Shown piece after piece: positions 16,336 through 26,801 of a DNA stretch of 46,609 nucleotides; position 1 is the first letter of the stretch, and the number at the start of each line of letters is the position of its first letter. Source of the stretch: a virus (lineage: Duplodnaviria; Caudoviricetes). Under the pieces are notes generated by a model, which saw only the letters and a program-made list of their open reading frames with translations, was not told the DNA's origin and ran no database searches. The position numbers were made by a program, and so were the translations under genes. The stretch covers positions 1 to 46,609 of IMG/VR virus record IMGVR_UViG_3300037692_000066. One strand, 5' to 3'.

Positions 16336-16960
16336 GATTCAAGCACAGAACTATGAGTTAATAAGGGACGCAATCGGGCGGGTTTTAACCGCTGAATTTG
16401 CAAACCAAAGTAACTTAATAGATTTATGGAACGAAGCAAACGAAAACGAGGACGGATTTGTAAGAAAACAAATCATAAATCCTACTGTGTATTTAGAAAG
16501 ATTTGATGCATTCGATTATACGGAGGGGGATTGTATAAATATTGTTTACGCAGAAAGCCAATTGGATTTTGAGCACACAGCAGTTACGGACGATTTCGAC
16601 AATAAATTCATAGTTGAAATTTACAGCCCAAACAAAACATCAAGCGAATCAGGAACATCAATAGGAGCTAAAAAAGTCGCAAAAATAGCTGGAATGATAA
16701 GGGCAATTTTGAAAAGTCAAGATTACGCCTATCTAGATTTTACAGATAAGTTTATTCAGCACGTAAAAGTTCAATCAATAGTTAGAACACAGCCTAGAGA
16801 GGGAATGGATGCTGAAAATATAATCTCTGGAATAGTCGAAGTGCATTATACGGCTGAAGAAACAACAGAATTAGCAACCGGAGTAATTGCCGGAACTCTT
16901 GAAACGATTGTAAAATTACATGAAACAGATAAAGGTTATAAATTTATAATTGAAAATTAA
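16325..16960 (+). CDS. Neck/tail terminator-like protein
   Basis: Directly upstream of the sheath gene. Confidence 0.5.
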   Translation: MLSEIQAQNYELIRDAIGRVLTAEFANQSNLIDLWNEANENEDGFVRKQIINPTVYLERFDAFDYTEGDCINIVYAESQLDFEHTAVTDDFDNKFIVEIYSPNKTSSESGTSIGAKKVAKIAGMIRAILKSQDYAYLDFTDKFIQHVKVQSIVRTQPREGMDAENIISGIVEVHYTAEETTELATGVIAGTLETIVKLHETDKGYKFIIEN

Positions 16961-16961
16961 A

Positions 16962-18485
16962 ATGGGAACAATTTCAAACGCAATATCTGAAAATGCTATC
17001 GCCGCCGTAGTTGGTTATAAGGTAACAAAGGGAGATTACTCTTTGACTTCTCCAAATCTACCGCAACGAATCGCAATTTTATCAGAAGCAAATACCGCTA
17101 ATCAAAGCGGGCTTTCTCTCGATCCATTTGAAACCACACAGCTAAGCAAAGTAGCTTCTAAATTAGGAGCCGGCTCACCTGCTTATATGGCAATGCGGAT
17201 TCTTTACCCTATTAACGGTGGAGGTTTATCCGGCATTCCAGTAGTAGTTTATCCAGTAGCTTCAAATGGTTCTGCAACTGCAACGGTTACAACTGTAACT
17301 ATAACAGGGGAGGGAACAAAAAGCAAAAAACACTACCTTATTATAGGTGGCAGAAATGGTGTTGATGGTCAATACTATGAAGCAAATATAGTTGACGGAG
17401 ATACTCCTACAACTGTAGCTGCAAAATTCAAAGATGCTATTAATGCAGTATATGGTTCTCCGGTTACAGCAGATAATACAGCAGGAGTTCTAACAATTAC
17501 ATCGAAATTCAAAGGGATTTCAAGTATTTTCTCCACTCGTGCAGAAACACAAGACGATGCCGCTGGCGTTGCTTATGCTATTTCGAGCGTAGCAGGAACT
17601 ACAACAGGATCTGTTTCAGATGCTTTGGCAAAGTTTGAGGATAACTGGAATACTTTAGTAATTAATCCTTACGGACAAGATAGCGATGTTTTGGACTTGT
17701 TAGAGGCAACAAACGGAAAACCCGACCCAGACGCTCCAACAGGACGTTACGACGGAAAAGTTTTCAAACCGTTTATCTCTTTATTCTCGGCATCTTCAAC
17801 TGACCCGATTACAGATGTAGATTTAACAGCTAGAATCACAGAATGTACGAACGTATATTGTCCGGCTCCAAATGTAAATCATCTACCTATTGAAGTAGCC
17901 GCAAACGTATGTAGAATTGTTGCTCAAACGGCACAAGACACACCAAATAAGGATTATCTTGATAGAGCTTATTCAGATGCTATTGTAGATGCAACAGGGA
18001 TAGAAGATTATGCTAGTTGGGATTACAGAGATTTAGCTGTTAGAGCAGGTCTTTCAACAGTAGCTTTCAAAGGCGGTGATGTTGTTATTAAAGATTTAAT
18101 TACAACCTACAATCCAGGAGATGAAGTTACACCACAATTTAGATATGTAAGAAACTTACTTTTAGATTGGAATATACGCTACGCTTATTTCTTAAAAGAG
18201 CAATCTTTTGTGGTAGGCGCAACTTTAATTCCAGACGGACAGGTTTCAAGTGCCGAAAATACAATCTCTCCAAGTCAATGGAAAGGAATTTTGTATAAAA
18301 TGTTTGAAGATTTGGCGGACCGTGGATTAATTGCAGATGCTGACTTTTCAAAGGAAAGCTTAACCGTTGGAATTAGCTCTACTAACCCTGACCGTTTTGA
18401 AACTTTCTTTAGATATAAACGAACTGGAATAGCTCGTATTTGTTCAACTACAGCCGAAGCCGGCTTTTATTATGGAGGAAATTAA
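16962..18485 (+). CDS. Contractile tail sheath protein (Mu gpL-like)
   Basis: ~507 aa, 'LPQRIAIL', 'GAGSP', 'AGLSTV...IKDLITTY', 'NPDRFE'. Confidence 0.88.
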   Translation: MGTISNAISENAIAAVVGYKVTKGDYSLTSPNLPQRIAILSEANTANQSGLSLDPFETTQLSKVASKLGAGSPAYMAMRILYPINGGGLSGIPVVVYPVASNGSATATVTTVTITGEGTKSKKHYLIIGGRNGVDGQYYEANIVDGDTPTTVAAKFKDAINAVYGSPVTADNTAGVLTITSKFKGISSIFSTRAETQDDAAGVAYAISSVAGTTTGSVSDALAKFEDNWNTLVINPYGQDSDVLDLLEATNGKPDPDAPTGRYDGKVFKPFISLFSASSTDPITDVDLTARITECTNVYCPAPNVNHLPIEVAANVCRIVAQTAQDTPNKDYLDRAYSDAIVDATGIEDYASWDYRDLAVRAGLSTVAFKGGDVVIKDLITTYNPGDEVTPQFRYVRNLLLDWNIRYAYFLKEQSFVVGATLIPDGQVSSAENTISPSQWKGILYKMFEDLADRGLIADADFSKESLTVGISSTNPDRFETFFRYKRTGIARICSTTAEAGFYYGGN

Positions 18486-18487
18486 TT

Positions 18488-18898
18488 ATGGCATTTATTG
18501 GATGTGATTTTTTACAAATAGGGTTAAAGCACCCAACTTTAGGCACAGTTAATTTGTACCCAAAAGCAGGAGAAAACGGTCAAATTGAAATCGGAGGCAT
18601 AACCACAGAAAGCGAACCGAAAGGAATTACCGGAAGTGGCGAAGCTATCTATAAAATGTCAGTTGGTAGATGGGTAGTTGAAAGCCCTCCAATTGCATGG
18701 AAAAGAAGCGGTACGGACACAATTCAAACCGTGCAAGCTATGGCAGCAGATTTTGAAGAAATCGACTGCACTTTCCAATTACGTGATGGCTCAATTTACA
18801 TAGGAAAAGGTAAGATTGTAGGCGAAGTAAAAGGAGCAACGTACGATTCAACTATTCCTTTGAAATTCGAAGGCGGCGGGAAACTCCAAAAGATTTAA
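18488..18898 (+). CDS. Tail tube protein
   Basis: 136 aa directly after the sheath, followed by a terminator. Confidence 0.8.
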   Translation: MAFIGCDFLQIGLKHPTLGTVNLYPKAGENGQIEIGGITTESEPKGITGSGEAIYKMSVGRWVVESPPIAWKRSGTDTIQTVQAMAADFEEIDCTFQLRDGSIYIGKGKIVGEVKGATYDSTIPLKFEGGGKLQKI

Positions 18899-18918
18899 AA
18901 TTTACAGAACAGAACTAT

Positions 18919-18948
18919 AAAGGGCGGTTATAATAGCCGCCCTTTTTT
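18919..18948 (+). terminator. Intrinsic terminator
   Basis: AAAGGGCGGTTA / TAGCCGCCCTTT stem with a T-run. Confidence 0.85.
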
Positions 18949-18970
18949 AATAACAAAAACCTCTACAAAC

Positions 18971-19441
18971 ATGGAAAAATTTAAAATTTCACTCGAAGTC
19001 GCCGAACAAGAATGGCGCAATTTCTTATCTGAAAACGATGCACTAACTCTTTTACCGGACGAATCAATGAAAGACGGAGACAAAGACGAAAAGAACTCTT
19101 ACAACGCATCAAAATCAAACCTTGAAAAGATAGTCCGTGCAATCGCAAAAGGATTGGTAGTAATTGACGGCTCAGTAATCAAGCAAACGCTTCAATATCC
19201 TGTAAAAGATACTGAAGGTAATTTGATTAAAGAAGGGCAATTAGTATTTGACCAGAGATGGACTGCAAAAGACCGTGAGGAGATTTACAAAGGTCTTAAT
19301 CCTGAAAAAGCCGAAGATGCAATGAAAATACAACGCAATTTATGCGCAAAAATAACTGGTTGGTATCCCGAAATTCTTTTAAAATTAGATTCAAAGGACT
19401 TAAAAGTTACTGACCAGATAGTCGCAGTTTTTTTCATGTAG
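18971..19441 (+). CDS. Tail assembly chaperone (G)
   Basis: Lies between tube and tape measure, ends in a slippery T-run (VFFM*). Confidence 0.8.
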   Translation: MEKFKISLEVAEQEWRNFLSENDALTLLPDESMKDGDKDEKNSYNASKSNLEKIVRAIAKGLVVIDGSVIKQTLQYPVKDTEGNLIKEGQLVFDQRWTAKDREEIYKGLNPEKAEDAMKIQRNLCAKITGWYPEILLKLDSKDLKVTDQIVAVFFM

Positions 19442-19605
19442 AGGGGAGGAAACCATTCCAAGAAGCTGTGCAAACAGTTATTGGAATGTTCCTTTACCCT
19501 CCACAAACAATTGACAATTTATATTTAGATGAAAAAGATTATCACGGTCTTTATTATCTTTACCAAGTAGCAAAAGAGTATTCAAAAAGAATAAAAGGTT
19601 TATAA
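19429..19605 (+). CDS. -1 frameshift extension of the tail chaperone (GT)
   Basis: T TTT TTC at 19429-19435. The -1 frame is open (HVEGRKPFQEAVQ...RIKGL) to TAA at 19603-19605, just before the tape measure ATG. Confidence 0.75.
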   Translation, partial: FFHVEGRKPFQEAVQTVIGMFLYPPQTIDNLYLDEKDYHGLYYLYQVAKEYSKRIKGL

Positions 19606-19606
19606 T

Positions 19607-21352
19607 ATGCCATTTACCGCATCAGTAGTTTTTAAAGGGATTGACGGATTAACTCCAGCCTTCAAAGCAATGCAAGTATCTACGGGTAAGTTTGCAAACG
19701 GATTTACTACGGCTGTAGGCGGAATGTCTTCAAGATTTCAAGACTTTTCCGATAGGTCTTTAAAATCTCTTGACAATATGCAAAAAAAATCATCTCGAAC
19801 AGCCGATATAATGAAAGGCATGATAGGTGCTGATTTAATTCAACAAGGAATATCAGGACTTATCAATTTTGCAAAAGAAGGGATAAAACTTTCATCAGAT
19901 TTAATAGAAGTTCAAAATGTCGTAGACACAACATTTAGAAATAATTCTCAAGCCGTAAACGACTGGGCAAAACAAGCTGCCGTTAGTTTTGGCGTGTCGG
20001 AATTACAAGCAAAACAATTTACAGGCTCTTTAGGGGCAATGATGAAAAGTTCAGGCGTTAGCTCTACTGAATTAGTTAAAATGTCTACTAGTTTATCTGG
20101 ATTAGCTGGTGATTTCGCATCATTTTATAATTTAGATGTTGCCGATGCTTTTGATAAAATACGCGCTGGAATATCAGGAGAAACAGAACCATTAAAGAAG
20201 CTTGGTATAAATATGTCTGTAGCTAATTTAGAAGCATTTGCACTACAGCAAGGAGTTTCTAAATCGTGGGCAAAAATGAGCCAAGCCGAACAAGTGCAAC
20301 TAAGATATGCCTATTTAATGAAAGTTTCAACGGATGCGCAGGGTGATTTTGCAAAAACACTCGAAACATCAGCAGCAAATCAAGGCAGGGTTTTAGAGAT
20401 GCAAAAACAGGCGTTTTCTGCAAATTTAATGAAAACACTACTACCAAGACAGCTTGAAATGTATAAGCAATTAAATCAAGCCTTAGTTTGGATGAATAAT
20501 AATACAGCCACTTTAGCCGTACTTTTAAAAACTTTAGGAATAGTTTTAGGAATACTTGCAGCAAAATATGTACTTGTTAAAGTAGCTGTATTTGCTTTAA
20601 AAACAGCGCAAATAGCATTGGGGATAGTTCAATTTATAATGTATAAATTAACTGGCAATTTAACGGAAGGTTTTCTAAAAAACGCAACCGCAATGAAATT
20701 AGAAACTATCTGGGTAAGGATTTCAATGGCTGCGAAAAAAGGATGGACAGTTATAACAAAAATTGCATCAATTGCAACTCGTGGATTTGCTGCATCAATG
20801 GCAGCCCTAAACGCAGTTAACCCCGTATTTTGGATAATACTAGCAATCGCAGCAATTGTTCTGTTAATTATACATTGGGATAAAGTAAAAAAAGCCTTCA
20901 ACGAAAACCCATTTGTTAGAATGCTTGTTTTTGTCAGCCCTTTAGCGATGATTATCGACTTAATAGGATTTATCCAAGATAGATGGGGTGGATTAAAAAA
21001 AGCATTTAGCGGTGGATTTGGAGAAGGTTTAATGGCAGTCGGAAGAATGCTTTTAAGTTTCGTTTTAAAACCATTAGAAACTATCTTAATGGTAATTGCT
21101 AAAATAACAGGCTCTGACATGGCAAAAGATGCGCTAAATTCTATTACAGAATTTCGCAAAGGCTTAGATGTTGGATTAATCGACCAGTCCAAAGTAGTCA
21201 ACAAAGATGCTACCTTAACCGAAAAACAAATATCCGAAAAGAAAACAACCCAAAATGTACAAATAGATATTAACGATAAGGGTGGAAACACCAAAGTTTG
21301 GGGCGGATTACAGCCGATTCCTATTAATGTAAACTCAACACGCCAATTTTAA
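19607..21352 (+). CDS. Tape measure protein
   Basis: 'SDLIEVQNVVDTTF', 'DFASFYN', 'GETEPLKKLGI', hydrophobic C-terminal half. Confidence 0.92.
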   Translation: MPFTASVVFKGIDGLTPAFKAMQVSTGKFANGFTTAVGGMSSRFQDFSDRSLKSLDNMQKKSSRTADIMKGMIGADLIQQGISGLINFAKEGIKLSSDLIEVQNVVDTTFRNNSQAVNDWAKQAAVSFGVSELQAKQFTGSLGAMMKSSGVSSTELVKMSTSLSGLAGDFASFYNLDVADAFDKIRAGISGETEPLKKLGINMSVANLEAFALQQGVSKSWAKMSQAEQVQLRYAYLMKVSTDAQGDFAKTLETSAANQGRVLEMQKQAFSANLMKTLLPRQLEMYKQLNQALVWMNNNTATLAVLLKTLGIVLGILAAKYVLVKVAVFALKTAQIALGIVQFIMYKLTGNLTEGFLKNATAMKLETIWVRISMAAKKGWTVITKIASIATRGFAASMAALNAVNPVFWIILAIAAIVLLIIHWDKVKKAFNENPFVRMLVFVSPLAMIIDLIGFIQDRWGGLKKAFSGGFGEGLMAVGRMLLSFVLKPLETILMVIAKITGSDMAKDALNSITEFRKGLDVGLIDQSKVVNKDATLTEKQISEKKTTQNVQIDINDKGGNTKVWGGLQPIPINVNSTRQF

Positions 21353-21789
21353 TGGACATAAAAATAATAGAAAACGGTAACGGTGGAGATTTAGTCTTTG
21401 AAAACGGCGACATTCAAACTACATCAGAGGTTTATCAACAGCCTTATTTAGCGCATTTTGGCGGTAATACGGAGGCGACAAGTCAAGACTATGCAGAAGG
21501 AAAAGAAAGGGAAGATTATTTTATGAATCCCTTTATGCAAGAAAAAGAGCAGTTTAACTCTACGTTTGAAAAAACAATGAACGAAACGCCTTTGAGTAGC
21601 TCGGGAAGGATTAAATTAGAACAGGCAGCCGAAACCGACTTATCATATTTGTCTGACTTTGCAAATACAACTAGCGACGTAGAGATTACTGGAGTTGATA
21701 AAATTCAACTAATTGATAAAATAAACAACCAAAATAAAACAAATTTTTCGTATATTTGGGACGAAGCTAAAGACGAGATTATAGAATGA
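21352..21789 (+). CDS. Baseplate protein (Mu gp46-like)
   Basis: 'GGDLVFENGDI', 'EQAAETDLSYL'; precedes baseplate J. Confidence 0.65.
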   Translation: MDIKIIENGNGGDLVFENGDIQTTSEVYQQPYLAHFGGNTEATSQDYAEGKEREDYFMNPFMQEKEQFNSTFEKTMNETPLSSSGRIKLEQAAETDLSYLSDFANTTSDVEITGVDKIQLIDKINNQNKTNFSYIWDEAKDEIIE

Positions 21790-22958
21790 GCACACCTAGT
21801 TTACAAAGCCTTTTTAATTCAATTTCAAACGAGTTTAAAACAAACTTTGGAATTACAACTGAAAACGATTTAAAGCGTGTTTTAACAGCTATTGCAAGCG
21901 TTGAGGCTGGAAAATTGAAGCTTCTTTATATAGCAATCGAACAAGCTATAAAAAATGTTTACCCGGACAAGGCGGATTCTGTAGAATTTGGCGGAACGCT
22001 CGAAAGATTTGGAGAAATTAAATTAGGTCGTTTGCCTTTTGTTGCAACTCAAGGAAAATATACCTTAACAATTACTGGAACTACTGGTGCAACTGTTAAT
22101 ATTGGAACTCAATTTGTCGACAAAACAACAGGATATTTGTACACGGCAACCGAAACAATTACACTTTCGGGAACAACAGGAACGCTAAATGTCAGCTCTG
22201 ATTTAGCAGGATTAGATTATTTATTGACTGTTTCGGATGAACTATTCACGGTTAATTCAATTACAAACATAAGCAGTAAGGCTGTTGTAGCATCAGTAGT
22301 TGAAACTCCAGTCGACAAAGAAACAATTAACGACTATCGAGAAGCTGTTTTGCGCTCGTTCTCTTTGGAGCCGAACGGAGGTTCAAACTCTGACTATATA
22401 TTTTGGGCATTAGATGTTGAAGGGATAAGAACCGTTTACCCTTATACGCTAAATCCTTATACGGTTATTATTTATGCAGAAGCAACGGAGGCAGCATCAG
22501 AAGATGGAAATGGAACAGCTGGAACTGCATTATTAGAGGCCCTTTGGAAGTCTGATAAAACAGGTGTTTTCGAGCAAGACCCCGACACAACGCTAAGTGA
22601 TTACGAAAGAGGTCGCCGACAATTGGGATTAGATAATTTGAATGTTGTATCAGTTACTCCAGTAGTTGTTAATGTGACTTTTACAAATCTAAAAGATAGC
22701 TCTACTTCTGTAGATACTTCACTTATAAGTGAAATAAAATCAATGCTGTACAAAAAGCGCCCGTTTATTGCAGGAGTTGACAATATTAATGAAAGAAACG
22801 ACACTCTTTATTATAGAGATATCGTTTCGGCGATCGAAAATGCAATCGACAGCTCAAATACGTATGATGATATTTCAATAACAGTAGCTGGACAACCATT
22901 GCCGTACAATTTTACAGATGGAAATATACCATATTTAGGAACTATTACTTATGCCTAG
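21786..22958 (+). CDS. Baseplate J-like protein
   Basis: 'YPDKAD...LERFG', 'ETINDYR...PNGGSNSDYIFWA'. Confidence 0.9.
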   Translation: MSTPSLQSLFNSISNEFKTNFGITTENDLKRVLTAIASVEAGKLKLLYIAIEQAIKNVYPDKADSVEFGGTLERFGEIKLGRLPFVATQGKYTLTITGTTGATVNIGTQFVDKTTGYLYTATETITLSGTTGTLNVSSDLAGLDYLLTVSDELFTVNSITNISSKAVVASVVETPVDKETINDYREAVLRSFSLEPNGGSNSDYIFWALDVEGIRTVYPYTLNPYTVIIYAEATEAASEDGNGTAGTALLEALWKSDKTGVFEQDPDTTLSDYERGRRQLGLDNLNVVSVTPVVVNVTFTNLKDSSTSVDTSLISEIKSMLYKKRPFIAGVDNINERNDTLYYRDIVSAIENAIDSSNTYDDISITVAGQPLPYNFTDGNIPYLGTITYA

Positions 22959-23709
22959 TAGCACGGAAAAAATATTAAAGCTTTCAAAACAGCTACTTCC
23001 AACCGGCAGGGCTTTTTCGTGTCCGGAAGATAGCAATTTTGAAAAGCTATTTTTGTCGCTTTCAGAAGTGCAAGCCGATGCGTTAGATTCTATTAGCGGA
23101 ATACTTGACAAAATATTACCTGATAACGAGAATTTCACAGCTTCTGACGCTGCAAGATTGGAGAAGATTTTGGGAGTTTCTTCTGGAATAACTGACACGC
23201 TAGAGGAGAGAAAACAAGCTCTTTTGAGAAAAGTGGCTTTTCCTAGAAACGTAAAAGGCAGACAACATAAAAGCTGGCTACAACAACAACTTAGAGAGGC
23301 TGGTTTTAACGTAACAATTTACGAATATTCAGATTTCAAAGACTTAGTAAGCTCTGTTTCTCACGGCGATGATACACAGCATTCTTATGATGTAAGACAC
23401 GGAGGATTACAGATGCCTTTATATACAGGGTATGTGATGAACTGCGCAAATCAAGACGAGGAAAAAGAATTTTCTGTTACTTTGGAATCTGTAAGAAGAT
23501 GTTTTTATATTTCAGGGGATAATTTTTCTTTTATTCCTATAACTTCTGATAGATTTACCGAATTTAGAAATATCATAATGAAAACTAAACCAATTATGAC
23601 TGTGGCACTTTTAAGAACCGCCCCAAGTTCGGTAAGTTGGATTTTAGATACGGGATATTGGAGTAGTTCAGGATATTGGTTTAATACTTCAACATGGCAA
23701 ACAGCATAA
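22951..23709 (+). CDS. Baseplate wedge protein (Mu gp48-like)
   Basis: 'QLLPTGRAF', 'LEKILG...TLEERKQAL', 'KTKP'. Confidence 0.75.
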   Translation: MPSSTEKILKLSKQLLPTGRAFSCPEDSNFEKLFLSLSEVQADALDSISGILDKILPDNENFTASDAARLEKILGVSSGITDTLEERKQALLRKVAFPRNVKGRQHKSWLQQQLREAGFNVTIYEYSDFKDLVSSVSHGDDTQHSYDVRHGGLQMPLYTGYVMNCANQDEEKEFSVTLESVRRCFYISGDNFSFIPITSDRFTEFRNIIMKTKPIMTVALLRTAPSSVSWILDTGYWSSSGYWFNTSTWQTA

Positions 23710-23720
23710 AAATTTAAGAT

Positions 23721-24056
23721 ATGACAATAACAACTTTTACAGGCTTCACGCCGATAGCAGAAGGACAAACAGGCACAGCGGTAGCAACAACATTAAACAG
23801 CGCACTATCTACTGTTTATGGAAGTTATCGCTATGATTTTGATAATGATGATATGATAAGCGATGCGTTATCGTATGTTCACGGAGTGAACACGAGAAAT
23901 GTAACCGCCGAATTATATGATTCGACATGGAAAAAACAAAATATTGATGGACTATTTTCTCTTCCGTCTGCTTATGCGTGGCGCTTAGAGAAGAGCAGCG
24001 AAATAGCGTTAACAGAAACATTTCATTTAATAGTAACATATAAACCTGAAGACTAA
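23721..24056 (+). CDS. Hypothetical tail-associated protein
   Basis: ORF in the tail operon with an 'HGVNTRNV' motif resembling 31051-31395. Confidence 0.6.
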   Translation: MTITTFTGFTPIAEGQTGTAVATTLNSALSTVYGSYRYDFDNDDMISDALSYVHGVNTRNVTAELYDSTWKKQNIDGLFSLPSAYAWRLEKSSEIALTETFHLIVTYKPED

Positions 24057-24799
24057 TGAGAAAAATAAGCAGCTTGCCAAACTCAAATCCAGATAGTGCG
24101 GATTACCCTTATGGACAAATCAAAGATGAAACAACGGAAGAATTAGGAACTCCAGTTGTTGAAGCTACATATAGTGATGTTGTGCAAAGCATGCATAGAT
24201 TTGTCCAGGCGTCAGGAGAGACTCCAAATGGTATTGCAGACAACAGAACTAACGGATGGCAAATAGTGCGAGCGATTGAGAAAGTGCTTTATCCGGTTGG
24301 AACTATACGAATAAAAGCAAATGTAGTAGATTCTGATTGTCTTGAATGCAACGGAGAAACTTATGACCCTGAAGTTTATCCGGAACTATTCACAGAAATT
24401 GGATATACGTTTGGAACTTACGAAGGATTGCCAAAATTACCAAATTTGCTTTATGCTTTTCCACTCGGACGTTCCACGTTTACCGACCTTGGCGATTCTG
24501 GCGGTGAATCTGTTGTAACCCTAGGACAAAGCCAAGTGCCGTATCATACGCATTCAGCGCCGGACGGCAAAGGGTGGTTAGCTGGTTATTTAATGACTTT
24601 ATGTGAGTATTATGAAGGTAGTGCCAGCAATAATGATGGCTATGGAATTAAAAATTCTGGTGGTGGGGCTGTTTTAAGTTCGACAACGAATGGTGCTTTT
24701 GGCAATGTATCGTTTGGTACTGATGCACACAACAACATGCCGCCATTTACCACTTTTATATTTCAAATAAAAGCAAAATACATAGGAGATTCGTATTAA
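24056..24799 (+). CDS. Tail fibre protein with collar domain
   Basis: 'YPVGTI...CNG...YPELFTEIGYTFG...LPNL', 'GGESVVTL...PYHTH', 'HNNMPPF'. Confidence 0.85.
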   Translation: MRKISSLPNSNPDSADYPYGQIKDETTEELGTPVVEATYSDVVQSMHRFVQASGETPNGIADNRTNGWQIVRAIEKVLYPVGTIRIKANVVDSDCLECNGETYDPEVYPELFTEIGYTFGTYEGLPKLPNLLYAFPLGRSTFTDLGDSGGESVVTLGQSQVPYHTHSAPDGKGWLAGYLMTLCEYYEGSASNNDGYGIKNSGGGAVLSSTTNGAFGNVSFGTDAHNNMPPFTTFIFQIKAKYIGDSY

Positions 24800-25560
24800 T
24801 GGGACTTATTCAAGTCGATAAAAGAGATTTGGACAGACTTATTAAAGAACTAAAACTAGCTCACAGGTCAAAATATCCAAATACGGTAAGATTTACGCTT
24901 AGCGATTTGGCTAAGGATGCAGAAAAAGTTACAATTCCAAAAGCTTTTTTGCAACAAAGCGGATACACAATAAGAAAGCCAAATTTCGTAAAGGCATTTG
25001 TTAGAAGTCAATATGCAAAAGGATGGGATGTCGATACCATGTATTCACAGGCTGGATTCCATGATGCAAAAGCAACTAGCAGGGGGCAGAAAAACGCTGT
25101 TAGTCGCATGAAGCAACAAGATGAAGGCGGAAGCGTTAAGAGCGAAGGAGTTCCATTATATGCAACTAGACGAGGAAAGTCGCATAAAAAACTGATACAA
25201 AATAAGCACTTTTGGAAAAATATTAAAGTAGTTGCAAAGGTAGATTACGGTCAAAAATCACAATTAATTAGAGCCGTGACTGGTACTGGGGTAAAAAGAA
25301 ATGGGGGCGGGTTATCAACTCCAGTAGGCGTAATTTATGGAAAATATTTATACGGAATACAAGGATATGAGAGAGTAATGGGCGCAAGTGGGGAAAGAAC
25401 TATGAAGCTACACTTAACCAGATTGTACGATGTAAAAGATGGTAGAATGGTAAAATTACACCCGAAACAGTTTATTGAAAAAGGAAGCCTCGAAACAGGC
25501 GCAAAACTAGAACAAATTTTTATCAAAAACGCTGAAAAGCAATTAGCAAAATTCAAATGA
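24799..25560 (+). CDS. Basic neck/minor tail protein (gpZ-like)
   Basis: K/R-rich, 'VRFTLSDLA', C-terminal 'FIEK...IFIKNAEKQL'. Confidence 0.5.
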   Translation: MGLIQVDKRDLDRLIKELKLAHRSKYPNTVRFTLSDLAKDAEKVTIPKAFLQQSGYTIRKPNFVKAFVRSQYAKGWDVDTMYSQAGFHDAKATSRGQKNAVSRMKQQDEGGSVKSEGVPLYATRRGKSHKKLIQNKHFWKNIKVVAKVDYGQKSQLIRAVTGTGVKRNGGGLSTPVGVIYGKYLYGIQGYERVMGASGERTMKLHLTRLYDVKDGRMVKLHPKQFIEKGSLETGAKLEQIFIKNAEKQLAKFK

Positions 25561-26798
25561 GTTTTATAGACAGATTAAATACAAGATTCGAGATTGTTAC
25601 CCGTCAAAAAAACGGGGCTGATACTATTTGGACGCCAAAGCTAGTTCCGACTTATACAATGGAAAGAGAATATAGCGGAACAGCTTACGAATTTATTGAC
25701 AAAGCTGGAACTTTGTTTTCTCGTAGACTTCCAAAGGGCAAAAGATTTGAATTACAATTTGTATTCGATGGCGAAGACAACGACAAAATAGCTAACAACT
25801 TTGAAATAGCAGCACGGTATGAGAAATACTGGACGGTTACACATCCGTTTTATGGTAAGTTTAATTGCCAACCTTTAGGAATTAAACTCGATAATTCAGC
25901 ATTAACAAGCACAACGATTACGGTTACTGTTCTTGAAACGCTTATAATTGATAATAATTCCTTTATATCAAATCAAGATGCAATTGACAAGATTAAGGAG
26001 AAAATAGACGCATCAAAAGCATTTACAATTACCATAATTTCGAGCGATGATTCAGCTACTTTTATTAATGAAAAACAAAAGAATTTCACAAGAAAACAAT
26101 TAACCAAATTTCAAACAATACTTGAAAAAGCGACTAAATCAGGAGAATCGTATAAGGACTTTAAAAAGAACCTCGATAAGGCACTAAATGAAATAAACAA
26201 TGTCGGAGCTTTAACCACAAGTTGTATAGTTTATATTGACAATCTTTTGAAATTACCGGCAAATATTACCTCTGATATTGGAACTCGAATAAATTATATC
26301 TCTGATATGTTGGACGCCTTGGGGCTTACCGTTTCGGCATTTACAACAAAAGAGTATTACCAAAAACTATTTTACAATCTCGTAGGCGGTATTTGCGTAA
26401 CCTCAATGTGCGAAGCTCTCACGGTAAAAAACCAAAACGATTTTAAAACAGTTGCAGACATTGATTTTTATATAGATTTAATGTTAGAAAAATATGATGA
26501 ATATCTGGAGGCTGTTTTTTCTACAGAAAGCGATTATTATGATTTAGATCATGATTTATTATTTTCCATCCACGAAACAGTGATATCGACCGCTTTTTAT
26601 TTATATCAATTAATGTTTGAGGCAAAACAAGAGCGTGTTTTTATTTGCCCGAAAGATACTAATCTTTTATTGTTGACGCATAGATTTTACGGCGTGGCTT
26701 CAGATGAAAACATAAAGGATTTTATTAAAGTAAACAATATCGGATTTGACGAAACTATTAATATTTCTAAAGGTAGAGAAATAAAGTATTTTGTATAA
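25557..26798 (+). CDS. Mu gpN-like (DNA circularisation/tail) protein
   Basis: 'YEF', 'VTHPFYG', helical middle, LysM-like 'LLTHRFYG...FIKVN' end. Confidence 0.7.
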   Translation: MSFIDRLNTRFEIVTRQKNGADTIWTPKLVPTYTMEREYSGTAYEFIDKAGTLFSRRLPKGKRFELQFVFDGEDNDKIANNFEIAARYEKYWTVTHPFYGKFNCQPLGIKLDNSALTSTTITVTVLETLIIDNNSFISNQDAIDKIKEKIDASKAFTITIISSDDSATFINEKQKNFTRKQLTKFQTILEKATKSGESYKDFKKNLDKALNEINNVGALTTSCIVYIDNLLKLPANITSDIGTRINYISDMLDALGLTVSAFTTKEYYQKLFYNLVGGICVTSMCEALTVKNQNDFKTVADIDFYIDLMLEKYDEYLEAVFSTESDYYDLDHDLLFSIHETVISTAFYLYQLMFEAKQERVFICPKDTNLLLLTHRFYGVASDENIKDFIKVNNIGFDETINISKGREIKYFV

Positions 26799-26801
26799 AC
26801 T

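Noticed and set aside
20629-21294. 221-aa minus-strand ORF
   Set aside because: It lies entirely antisense to the tape measure gene, has no recognisable motifs, and is a typical shadow ORF.
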